The position numbers were made by a program, and so were the translations under genes. This document shows, in pieces, positions 28,369-36,549 of a stretch of DNA of 64,000 nt (positions within the stretch are counted from its first letter, which is position 1; each line of letters opens with the position of its first letter). The notes beneath the pieces are model-generated. The model saw only the letters and a program-made list of their open reading frames with translations. It was not told the DNA's origin and made no database searches. This stretch comes from a virus. Taxonomy: Duplodnaviria; Caudoviricetes. The DNA lies in IMG/VR virus record IMGVR_UViG_3300047375_000738; one strand, written 5' to 3'.

Positions 28369-28554
28369 TTATATTTCTTTGGTAGGTATACTAAAGGTCA
28401 AGGCTTTTCGTTTTCCTTTGGTAGTTCCTAAACTAATCTCACCTGTTCTTTCAAAATATTCTATCTTTGTAATTTGTGCCGGTTCTCTGTTTTTACCGAC
28501 TAATATGGTTTGACCTACTTCTAAGTCAACTGTAAGTTTTGTAAGATTACTCAT
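28369..28554 (-). CDS. Small hypothetical protein
   Basis: 61 aa; AGGAG RBS and TAAATA upstream. Confidence 0.55.
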   Translation of the reverse strand: MSNLTKLTVDLEVGQTILVGKNREPAQITKIEYFERTGEISLGTTKGKRKALTFSIPTKEI

Positions 28555-28578
28555 TGGAAACTCCTTATTGAATAATAT

Positions 28579-29631
28579 TTACCAGCCTATATTTGGGTAG
28601 TCTTCCAAAAGCTGTTGTGCTTGCCCACGTGCTTTAAAAACTGTTTGTCTCATAAGTTCTGCTGCTGGCATCCATTGATATCCATCTTTGTGCAGTAGAT
28701 CAGGTAGCGGAGTTAGTGCTATCTTTTTGAGTAATTCTAGTCTGTTTCTTTCTACTGTGGGTTTAAAACTATTGTACACTTCTACAGGGTCATTGTCAAG
28801 CAGGTTTTTAACATTATCTACAACACCACGTACTCTATCCATTGTAAATGGCAGTGCATCAAATGCATAGTCTATATGCGGCAATAGTTCATAGCCCTGT
28901 GAACTATACAATTCATGCAGTCCTGCGCCTCCAACACCTATCCACGGCCTAGCCCAAATAGTATTACTCCAGGTCTTTTCTGTTAGGTTAGCATACTTTA
29001 TAATAGTTTCTGTGGTTATGTTAAAGGCTGCGTTTGCCCAATAGTCTAGTGGCGGCGGCGGGTTGTTGCACATCTCTGGTACTAGATCCATGTCCAAGTC
29101 TGCACTGGGTAGCCATCCTAGTACATTCTCTTGCCAAGTATCTCCGCCTGGTGGTTGAGGATCCGCATAGTCTTTCCATTCTGCTGTTCTATCCTGTGTG
29201 TAGCTAACAGTGCCGTGAGCAAACCTGTCCATGCTCCACAATGCTTTTACCAACTGTGTTCTATGTGGCTTTGCTATTCTATTCTGACTGTGATAGTGTA
29301 TTTTAGGCTCGCTCAACGGATGAGGAGTTTGATATCCTATATACCAGTCGTATGCACTCCAACTGTGTCTGTAAAACTCTTCAGAGGACATACTAGGATT
29401 TGAGCTGTTGTGCCAGTATTCAAATGTTCTGCTGCGTATTTTGTTGCGCAACTGATCAAGCAAGAATCGTGGCCTATGACGATCTTTACCCACTGCCAGT
29501 TCATATCTCACAAGGTCTTGTGGAGTAGTTGCTTCTTCACCTACATCAAAGTATACAAGTGCTTGACTTGAGTGCAACAAATGTGGATTGGTTGCTAGAT
29601 CTTCTCTAGCGGCGACTGTTGCGAATTGCAT
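28579..29631 (-). CDS. TEK-motif protein, putative glycosyltransferase-like (paralog A)
   Basis: AFNITTET...LTEKTW...ARPW. Confidence 0.4.
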   Translation of the reverse strand: MQFATVAAREDLATNPHLLHSSQALVYFDVGEEATTPQDLVRYELAVGKDRHRPRFLLDQLRNKIRSRTFEYWHNSSNPSMSSEEFYRHSWSAYDWYIGYQTPHPLSEPKIHYHSQNRIAKPHRTQLVKALWSMDRFAHGTVSYTQDRTAEWKDYADPQPPGGDTWQENVLGWLPSADLDMDLVPEMCNNPPPPLDYWANAAFNITTETIIKYANLTEKTWSNTIWARPWIGVGGAGLHELYSSQGYELLPHIDYAFDALPFTMDRVRGVVDNVKNLLDNDPVEVYNSFKPTVERNRLELLKKIALTPLPDLLHKDGYQWMPAAELMRQTVFKARGQAQQLLEDYPNIGW

Positions 29632-30607
29632 ACCAAACTCCTATAAGATGTTCTCGCATGCCTGCTGCTCCAGGCGAACAGTGTCCAGGTGCTGTCACAA
29701 CCCAAGGCATTCCTTCTTCTAGTACTTGTTCTTGTATTCTACGTTGATTGTGTAGTGCAACTTCTCTGTTGCGTAGTACTAGCTCCTCGGGTGTAAATCG
29801 TTTGCAGAGTTCGGCTACCTGTTGTGCTAGTCTTTCTACTCTGGCTCGTTCATCACGGATACTGTCAAAGCTGTAGTCTATGTCCTCCATAAGACGATAT
29901 CCGTTGTCTATAAGATGTTGATGCACTCCTACAGGTCCGTTGCACAGCACAGGTCTAGCATGCCACATGGGCTGCCATATCTTTTCTGTTACTATGCTGC
30001 CTTCTTTGTTGTGATGTGTTTCTGTTACTAGATTAAAAGCAGTGTCTGCCCACACTCTCACAGGCGGTGAAGGCATGTCCCATACTGCAGGCAACTGCCA
30101 CTGTTCAACTTGATCTAGTTCTATCCAGGGCTTTTCGGTACGATACTGTTTGTGTGTTTTTCGCTGTAGTTGATTTAGAATACCTGGATCCATTGGAGGT
30201 TCTCTATCTCCCCAACTGATCCTGCCACACTCAAACGCTCCGTTGCTTGCCAATGCTTGTATTAGATATGCTCTGTGTGGACGCATAGTAAGATTCATAC
30301 ACACATAGTGATGTGTAGGTGTTGCCTCAGGTACAGTTTTACTGGTATAGGCCAACATTTTATCAAATCCCTGCCAAATCTGCACTTGAGGTATTGGACT
30401 ATAACAACTGTGTATCTTCAGCCTTCCATCTTGCCAAAGCTGTCTAGCATCTCTAGCAACACTTGGATAAAATCCCTTGCTCCACTCCATCCAGTTGTTG
30501 CAGTTCTCTTGCCAGCCAAACACATGCAGCTCTTCACAGTCGGTGCTGTACCAAAGTTTGGCACTGTTTGAATAGAGTTCTTGGTACTTGATGAAGTAGG
30601 TGTGCAT
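29606..30607 (-). CDS. TEK-motif protein, putative glycosyltransferase-like (paralog B)
   Basis: AFNLVTET...VTEKIW...ARPV; start MHTY is 5 nt after TAAATA. Confidence 0.4.
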   Translation of the reverse strand: MHTYFIKYQELYSNSAKLWYSTDCEELHVFGWQENCNNWMEWSKGFYPSVARDARQLWQDGRLKIHSCYSPIPQVQIWQGFDKMLAYTSKTVPEATPTHHYVCMNLTMRPHRAYLIQALASNGAFECGRISWGDREPPMDPGILNQLQRKTHKQYRTEKPWIELDQVEQWQLPAVWDMPSPPVRVWADTAFNLVTETHHNKEGSIVTEKIWQPMWHARPVLCNGPVGVHQHLIDNGYRLMEDIDYSFDSIRDERARVERLAQQVAELCKRFTPEELVLRNREVALHNQRRIQEQVLEEGMPWVVTAPGHCSPGAAGMREHLIGVWYAIRNSRR

Positions 30608-30645
30608 ACACATATTTATATGCGTAGTTAACGATAAATAGTGTT

Positions 30646-31044
30646 ATGAGCAACATCTACACCAAACAGCTAGAACTCTCAGAAGGTCCTTGGCGTATAC
30701 AAAATCAACACAGACTAACCATAGTAGATCCACTGGACAGAACTATTGCTGTGGTCAAAGACAATAGAGCAATTCCTGTAGAACAAAGACTGGCCAATGC
30801 ACACTGTATAGCAGCCGCTCCTGAACTACTGGCTGCACTCAAAGAAGCCACATTCTTACTGCACAACACTGGAGTAAACACCAACGGTGCTATAGTTGAT
30901 CTTCTCTTGAGAGCCGCTCCAGACGATACTCAAATTCGTGAGTGGGCAAACCAAGTACCCTCTGGCAAAGACGCACGACTTCAAAAACTTCGCGACGGTT
31001 CTCTCCTAGCACACGAGTCGAATCCAACTCCGCCCAAGCCCTAA
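30646..31044 (+). CDS. Hypothetical protein
   Basis: ANAHCIAAAPELLAALK, a common phage motif; TAAATA 5 nt before ATG. Confidence 0.6.
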   Translation: MSNIYTKQLELSEGPWRIQNQHRLTIVDPLDRTIAVVKDNRAIPVEQRLANAHCIAAAPELLAALKEATFLLHNTGVNTNGAIVDLLLRAAPDDTQIREWANQVPSGKDARLQKLRDGSLLAHESNPTPPKP

Positions 31045-31537
31045 GTCTTTCTAGTATGCTCGCACTATCCCTTCTCCGCCACTGAGGAGCTATAGTCAAT
31101 CCACTTATAGGATCTACACTAGGATCAATCAACCAAGCTACACAAGTTTCTACACTACGTGAAGGCCATACCCAACTACTCGATCCAATCACAGTACGTG
31201 AAGTGTCCGATCTAGCAACAGGCCACCAAGTGGTTTCGCGCAAAAATTTTGGTGTATCTCCTGTATAACCTATATAGTCTGCGCCCATAGTGGTACAGGT
31301 TTTAGTATAGAGTTCGTATACAGCTTCACTAAAGTCTGAGTTTATCCACACACTGATAGTATCCGTACTAGGTTCCAAGTCCAACATTGCCCTACACAAT
31401 AGTCTAGGAGATAGTATATTGTGGTTGGTGCTAAACTTAGGCTTATCCACTACTATAGTCACAGGTACACCTAGTCGTAAACTTCTATCTTTGTGGTGTA
31501 TGATGTGTCCACGAGGTTCTGGTGTTTCAAACTGCAT
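30890..31537 (-). CDS. Hypothetical protein
   Basis: 215 aa; TAAATA 4 nt before ATG; 3' end overlaps convergent gene by 155 nt. Confidence 0.5.
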   Translation of the reverse strand: MQFETPEPRGHIIHHKDRSLRLGVPVTIVVDKPKFSTNHNILSPRLLCRAMLDLEPSTDTISVWINSDFSEAVYELYTKTCTTMGADYIGYTGDTPKFLRETTWWPVARSDTSRTVIGSSSWVWPSRSVETCVAWLIDPSVDPISGLTIAPQWRRRDSASILERLRAWAELDSTRVLGENRREVFEVVRLCQRVLGLPTHEFEYRLERLSREDQL

Positions 31538-31562
31538 ATACTATTTAATATACTATACGTAT

Positions 31563-31613
31563 AGGCCCCGCTGTTAGTGAAGCACATATTAGTATAAAAG
31601 GCCCCGCTGTTAG
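31563..31613. repeat. 15-bp direct repeat x2
   Basis: AGGCCCCGCTGTTAG at 31563 and 31599. Confidence 0.9.
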
Positions 31614-31992
31614 CATCTAAGATATTTGTGAAGAGTGCCGTTGACTATTGTGATGGACTTGGACAATTTTATTTCACCAATTCTCTACTCTCCAACAGCC
31701 AACGACAAACATATTTATCCTAGTATAGACTATAGTATAGTCGAGAACAATAGTCAAGAAGATAGTCGAGTAGAGTTCTCACACTGTGTGTATAGTATAG
31801 TATAGAGTTTGAACTGTAGTGTATACGCATCGAGTATAGTTGAGAGAGACTATAGTAGTAGGTTAGAGTCACAGTGTACACTCGTGGATTTATTGGCAAA
31901 AGTATTTGAACTATGCCTCCTTCTACCTTGGTCAATGGTTTAAAATACTCTAGTAAATCGTTGAAAAACTTAGAGAATATCACTGTGACCGT

Positions 31993-32077
31993 GTCATACG
32001 ACCCCGTATGACTTGTCGTTAACCACCGTATGACACGTCGATAGCCACCGTATGACGTGTCGATAAGCACCGTATGA
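31993..32077. repeat. Iteron-like array with 22-bp period
   Basis: CCGTATGA at 32004, 32026, 32048, 32070; inverted GTCATACG at 31993. Confidence 0.9.
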
Positions 32078-32174
32078 AGGTTAACTTGACGATGTAAGCT
32101 ATTGATCTTTAAGCGAATATTCACTTTTGAGAACTTGACTTGCTTGACAAAGGCTCAGCACTAAGTGTATAGTA

Positions 32175-32749
32175 TAAGCAGTTGATTTTATTATCCTTTT
32201 TCCTCCACTATAGTCTACTACTATACTATACACACTTATAGTATATACTTCAACCTCTTAGTATACTATACTATATACTATAGCAACTTCGTCTGCTAAG
32301 TCTTTGTTTTTGTTGACAAAATCAAATCCTCTTTTAAATCAATAGGTTAGCTAGTGTTGTTCCGAGGGGCCATGTGCTGTGTGTAAGTGTTTGAGGCCAT
32401 TAGAGAAATACTACACTGTAAGTCATTGAGATCATTGGATAATGTGAGGGGCGCCGCTAGGAGTGTGTGCAGCTTAGAGACCCCGCGAGAGAATGGTTTA
32501 ATATTAAACTATATTTTCTAACTAGTTTAGTATTAAACTATCTCGAGGCAGGTAGTTTAACATTAAACCATTTTGGCGAGAAGGTTTAGTATTAAACCAT
32601 TTTGAGACCAGGAGATAGTTTAACGTTAAACCATAGGTTCAGAGCTCCGTGCCCTCCCGTACGGTACATTCTTTCCCGGCCTCACATATAATATAACATG
32701 ACTCCTAGAGGTTTGCAACCAGAAAGAATCTAATAAAATCAATAGGTTA
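32175..32749. promoter_or_regulatory. Three IHF consensus sites
   Basis: WATCAANNNNTTR at 32175-32187 (-), 32337-32349 (+), 32737-32749 (+); the last two are identical AATCAATAGGTTA. Confidence 0.6.
32496..32631. repeat. Array of five 14-bp palindromes GTTTA-N4-TAAAC
   Basis: Starts 32496, 32525, 32555, 32584, 32618. Confidence 0.9.
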
Positions 32750-32840
32750 TAAAATAAATTTATTTTATTTTTTTGGTTGACAACGTTGTATACATGTGCT
32801 ATATTATATGTATAAGTTAACAAGCATAGAGGGAAATATT

Positions 32841-33128
32841 ATGCTACACTATACACAAAATGACAAATTTGTATTTTTTAACGCTGTTGACGCACAAGTG
32901 CAGCTAACAGTAGAAGACGCTGTTGTTGGCGCTGCTGACAGTGTAGACGCACTTGTTGAGCTGCTGCTACGTGCAGACGTTCGTGCAACAGACAGAATTA
33001 TGTTTAGCAGCGACATGGACTTTGCTAGTGAAGAAGGCTTTGCTACAGATTCCGCTGCACATGAGCTGCTAGAAGCTGCACTTGAAACAAGTGGCTTGAC
33101 TGCACAAGCAGACGACTTGCTAGTATAG
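32841..33128 (+). CDS. Early hypothetical protein
   Basis: Start moved to MLHYTQ after GAGGGA RBS. Confidence 0.7.
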   Translation: MLHYTQNDKFVFFNAVDAQVQLTVEDAVVGAADSVDALVELLLRADVRATDRIMFSSDMDFASEEGFATDSAAHELLEAALETSGLTAQADDLLV

Positions 33129-33199
33129 CAAAAAAAAGACTTGACACTATAGCGCACTTGTGCTATAGTGTTAGTATAAACAAACATAGAGGGCAATCA

Positions 33200-33544
33200 A
33201 TGTTTTACATTTACGAAAAATCAAGTACTTATATTATGGGATACAAAAACGGCAAAGTTCGTCCGGATCACCGCAAGAGCTATAAGACTATGGCTAGTGC
33301 TAGAGCAGCATTAACCAAGTGGAGCCATCAGTGGTGGCGTGAAGAAGGTATCAACGGCGACAGTGCAAACAACAATCCTCACTTCCGTTATGGCATCGCA
33401 AGGGCCAACTACTTCCACGACACTATTGAGAAGAAGCGTACAGTGTACAGCATCTTTGATGAGGCTAAGGAAAACCCAATCACTGAGACTGTGAACACTC
33501 CAGGTTACATGTCGCCCAGCAGAGAATCTTATTGGAGCATGTAA
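33200..33544 (+). CDS. Early hypothetical protein
   Basis: Start MFYIYEK after GAGGGC RBS. Confidence 0.7.
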   Translation: MFYIYEKSSTYIMGYKNGKVRPDHRKSYKTMASARAALTKWSHQWWREEGINGDSANNNPHFRYGIARANYFHDTIEKKRTVYSIFDEAKENPITETVNTPGYMSPSRESYWSM

Positions 33545-33616
33545 AAAAGAGGTTGACACAGCCGCAAGGCTGTGTTATATTAATTGTATAGAAACGCTAA
33601 ACGGAGGGCATCCACA

Positions 33617-34093
33617 ATGGCAACTAGAGCTCGTATCGGAATCGAAAACGCAGACGGTTCAATCTTAACTTCATATCATCACTGGGACGGTTACCCAGCA
33701 GGCTTGGGTTTCAACCTAGTCAACAACTGGGCAGACGAAGATTTGCTTGGTGCCGCTATTCAGTTAGGTGACGCATCGCATTGGGCAGACACTATTGGTA
33801 GCAAGACAGACTTTGACTGCCGTGACGATAACTATTACGCACAGAATGTCTACTACGGACGTGACCGTGGCGAAACAGATGTAGGTCCTAAGGCTTATGC
33901 TTCCTATGAAGTGTTTGAAAAGTGCTTCCAGCGCAACACACCCTGTGGTGAAGAGTATGCTTATGTCTTGCGCTTAGACGGTACATGGACACAGATTGCA
34001 GTGTATACCAAAGAAGTCTTGCATGATGCGGAGGATTCAATCCGCACTGCCAAGGCTCGTATGCAACGCATGATTGATCAGGAGGTAGTGTAA
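33617..34093 (+). CDS. Early protein of a widespread phage family (Y-x-H-x-DGYP)
   Basis: MATRARIG...SYHHWDGYPAGLG; GAGGGC RBS. Confidence 0.7.
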   Translation: MATRARIGIENADGSILTSYHHWDGYPAGLGFNLVNNWADEDLLGAAIQLGDASHWADTIGSKTDFDCRDDNYYAQNVYYGRDRGETDVGPKAYASYEVFEKCFQRNTPCGEEYAYVLRLDGTWTQIAVYTKEVLHDAEDSIRTAKARMQRMIDQEVV

Positions 34094-34617
34094 TGCCTAA
34101 CTGGTGCAACAACACAATCACAATCACTGGCGATTACGATACACTCGTCCAACTGAAACCTGTAGTAGAAGCAGGCGAAGGCTTGCTTCAAGCAATCGCA
34201 CCTATGCCTAAGGAACTAGAAGGCACTGTGGCTCCTAGTGATGAACCCAACTGGTATGACTGGTGTCACGAGAACTGGGGCACCAAGTGGGATCCAGAGC
34301 TGAACCTAGAGTTCATCGACAATGGTGATGGCACTGCTACTATCACAGGATTCTTTGAAACTGCATGGGCTCCACCTATTGCGGCAATGCACACCTTGTC
34401 ACAAGACTGGGACTCGTGCTACATTGAACTCTTCTATGAAGAAGGCGGTATGTGCTTCGTAGGCTGTTGGGATAGTGAAGGTGGCGATGACTACTACGAC
34501 TATTCAGAAGCTGACAGCAAGACCATCACCGACATCGTTCCCAAGTACCTAGTAGAGGAGTTCGCACTAGACGAACGGTTAGCTGAGTATGAAGAAGAGG
34601 AGTTGCAGGATGCTTGA
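34093..34617 (+). CDS. DUF1281/YubB ferredoxin-like domain protein
   Basis: MPNWCNN, WYDWCHENWGTKWD, FETAWAPP. Confidence 0.75.
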   Translation: MPNWCNNTITITGDYDTLVQLKPVVEAGEGLLQAIAPMPKELEGTVAPSDEPNWYDWCHENWGTKWDPELNLEFIDNGDGTATITGFFETAWAPPIAAMHTLSQDWDSCYIELFYEEGGMCFVGCWDSEGGDDYYDYSEADSKTITDIVPKYLVEEFALDERLAEYEEEELQDA

Positions 34618-34753
34618 TGCTCTACTAGACGATATCGAAGCTGTGCTCAAGAAGTATAGCGGAAGCGATTGGGAGATTATGGATGTTGACTTCAGCGATG
34701 GCGGAGCAGTGTTCACAGTGAGTGCAGGCCTTAAGGAGGAAGAGGATGTATAA
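34610..34753 (+). CDS. 47-aa acidic early protein
   Basis: MLDALLDDIEAVLKKY...; overlaps upstream stop; not in ORF track. Confidence 0.55.
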   Translation: MLDALLDDIEAVLKKYSGSDWEIMDVDFSDGGAVFTVSAGLKEEEDV

Positions 34754-34868
34754 GGTAAAGGATGCCTCAGGCGAAATAGTTGCTATCTGTAGTCGACTAG
34801 AAGATGCAGAAGCTATGTGCCAAACTGTTGGAAAACAAATTCGTAGATTTATTGAAAAAGTAGGTTGA
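34746..34868 (+). CDS. 40-aa early protein
   Basis: MYKVKDASGEIVAICSRLEDAEAM...; stop TGA lies inside the next -35 box. Confidence 0.55.
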   Translation: MYKVKDASGEIVAICSRLEDAEAMCQTVGKQIRRFIEKVG

Positions 34869-34931
34869 CAACTAGTGTGCCCTATGCTATATTATATGTA
34901 TAGGGCAACACAGTAAGAGGGAACTTACAAA

Positions 34932-35129
34932 ATGGCAGACATTTGCATTTTTAACTCAGCATACCGTGACAGCGAAAAGCGTTGGATCTCAGTAGACGAT
35001 GTGCGTGTAGTAACAATGAAAATGGACTACGACAACCGTCCTTACATGCTGTTTGAGCACACAGACTTTCCACTAGGCGGATTACGTGCAGACTTCAAAG
35101 ACGGCAACTGGTACTGTGATTTAGATTAA
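34932..35129 (+). CDS. Early hypothetical protein
   Basis: Own promoter, GAGGGA RBS. Confidence 0.7.
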   Translation: MADICIFNSAYRDSEKRWISVDDVRVVTMKMDYDNRPYMLFEHTDFPLGGLRADFKDGNWYCDLD

Positions 35130-35142
35130 TAGGAGATAGAAT

Positions 35143-35388
35143 ATGAAACTTAATGCAAGAGAACTTCAGAAGCTAATGGGTCTTCTACGCAATGTAGCAG
35201 AAGTTGATCCAGAAGATGTGATCTCCAACTGTGCATCGCAGCTGGCGTATGAACTTGAAACTGTTAAGGTGCCATTCGACACCAACACAATGAACGAGAA
35301 GCGCCAAGAGCTTGTTCGTTATGCTATCGGAAAAAGAAACAAATATCGGTTGACACCCGGCGCTCGTCATGCTATAGTAGTAGAGTAA
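35143..35388 (+). CDS. Early hypothetical protein
   Basis: AGGAG RBS. Confidence 0.65.
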   Translation: MKLNARELQKLMGLLRNVAEVDPEDVISNCASQLAYELETVKVPFDTNTMNEKRQELVRYAIGKRNKYRLTPGARHAIVVE

Positions 35389-35407
35389 TAAGGGCAAAGA
35401 GGGTAAT

Positions 35408-35536
35408 ATGGAAATCGATTATTTTGAAGACGATGTAGAAGAGCGCAGCTGGATCGCTGCAATGCTTATCAATGCAACCAGCTTCGCAATGAACTTGACA
35501 CTCGTTGTAGGCTTAACATATTGGATGGTAGGATGA
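35408..35536 (+). CDS. 42-aa early membrane peptide
   Basis: MEIDYFEDDVEERSWIAAMLINATSFAMNLTLVVGLTYWMVG; GAGGGT RBS; not in ORF track. Confidence 0.6.
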   Translation: MEIDYFEDDVEERSWIAAMLINATSFAMNLTLVVGLTYWMVG

Positions 35537-35742
35537 ACGACTTATTTGAAATCGTAGAAGACCTTAAGGACATTGACACCTTTGGTAGCGATACCACAGC
35601 GTTCGAAGACATCCTTGTGAAGTGGCAAGCTCGTTTGGTAGAAGCTGAACATGAAGCGGATCGTCAATATGAAATGTTTGCAGGAGTCGCTAAGATACTT
35701 GACAAACGTTATGAAACATTTGAAATGGATGACGGAGCATAG
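35533..35742 (+). CDS. Early acidic hypothetical protein
   Basis: ATGA overlap; MNDLFEIVEDL. Confidence 0.6.
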   Translation: MNDLFEIVEDLKDIDTFGSDTTAFEDILVKWQARLVEAEHEADRQYEMFAGVAKILDKRYETFEMDDGA

Positions 35743-35750
35743 ATAGAACT

Positions 35751-35834
35751 GCTCGCATGGTGGAATGGTAGACACTACAGACTTAAAATCTGTTGCCGCA
35801 AGGCGTCCCGGTTCGAATCCGGGTGCGAGTACCA
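35751..35834 (+). tRNA. trnL: tRNA-Leu (anticodon UAA)
   Basis: Acceptor GCTCGCA/TGCGAGT-ACCA; anticodon arm ACAGA-CTTAAAA-TCTGT; long variable arm; GGTTCGAATCC. Confidence 0.95.
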
Positions 35835-35846
35835 AATACTTCTGCT

Positions 35847-35923
35847 GGTCTCTTAGCTCAGCTGGATAGAGCAAGTGCCTTCTAAGCACTAGGTCGCAGG
35901 TTCGAATCCTGCAGAGATCGCCA
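35847..35923 (+). tRNA. trnR: tRNA-Arg (anticodon UCU)
   Basis: Acceptor GGTCTCT/AGAGATC-GCCA; AGTGC-CTTCTAA-GCACT; GGTTCGAATCC. Confidence 0.95.
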
Positions 35924-36007
35924 AAAGTATTTGAACAAAGAGGTTGACAATGTGCTGCTCTCATGCTATATTATATGTATAGGGCAAACAGACAAGGGCT
36001 AAAGATT

Positions 36008-36325
36008 ATGAAATTTGTTATCTCAACACAGTACTTAGAAAACTATGGCGCACACTGTGAGGACGGTAAGTTCTCCAGCGGTAATGCATACTGGAAGATG
36101 AAGGGCGGCACTGATTACATCGTGTCCGACTTAGAGCGTGTTCAGGATGCGATTGCATTCGTAATGGCCAAGTTCGGCACTAATGATATCTCCCAGAAGG
36201 AGTATCCAGTAGCGTTCCGCAGCTATGATGAGTGGGAGACAGAGTTGGACAAGGAGAGCGTTGAATATGCTGACTTCATTAGGTCAACAGCCAAAGATGT
36301 GTCACCACTAGAGGAGGCGATATAA
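36008..36325 (+). CDS. Early hypothetical protein
   Basis: Start MKFVISTQYLENYGAH after its own promoter. Confidence 0.7.
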   Translation: MKFVISTQYLENYGAHCEDGKFSSGNAYWKMKGGTDYIVSDLERVQDAIAFVMAKFGTNDISQKEYPVAFRSYDEWETELDKESVEYADFIRSTAKDVSPLEEAI

Positions 36326-36486
36326 TGTTTGAAGGTTCAGTTGAAATCCTAATTGCGTTCGTCGCTGTACTTGCTGCGGTAGGTGTAGTCACTATGATTA
36401 TCCGTGCTATGAACGTTCCTGTAGTAGCAGCAGCAACCATTGGCGTTCTAGGTTGGATGCTTTTCTTTTATCAATTATCACAATAA
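36325..36486 (+). CDS. 53-aa early two-helix membrane peptide
   Basis: MFEGSVEILIAFVAVLAAVGVV...; TAATG coupling; not in ORF track. Confidence 0.55.
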   Translation: MFEGSVEILIAFVAVLAAVGVVTMIIRAMNVPVVAAATIGVLGWMLFFYQLSQ

Positions 36487-36549
36487 GGGGTTGACAAGCG
36501 AATGACTATGTCGTATAGTATACGTAACAAAACAACTTATGAGGGTAAG

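Noticed and set aside
31720-32124. 134-aa ORF in the track
   Set aside because: Y/S/L-biased low-complexity product arising from TATAG repeats and iterons; no RBS; read as non-coding.
32496-32631. CRISPR-like array (GTTT...AAAC ends), with a Cas4-like nuclease at 13101
   Set aside because: Repeats are 14 bp with 15-20 bp linkers, far below CRISPR sizes; no cas operon; the nuclease is a standard phage PD-(D/E)XK exonuclease 19 kb away.
35751-35960. Prophage attachment site at the tRNAs
   Set aside because: No integrase, no duplicated tRNA 3' end and no host-like flank; phage-style genes continue on both sides.
35542-35964. 140-aa minus-strand ORF
   Set aside because: Antisense to two well-formed tRNA genes.
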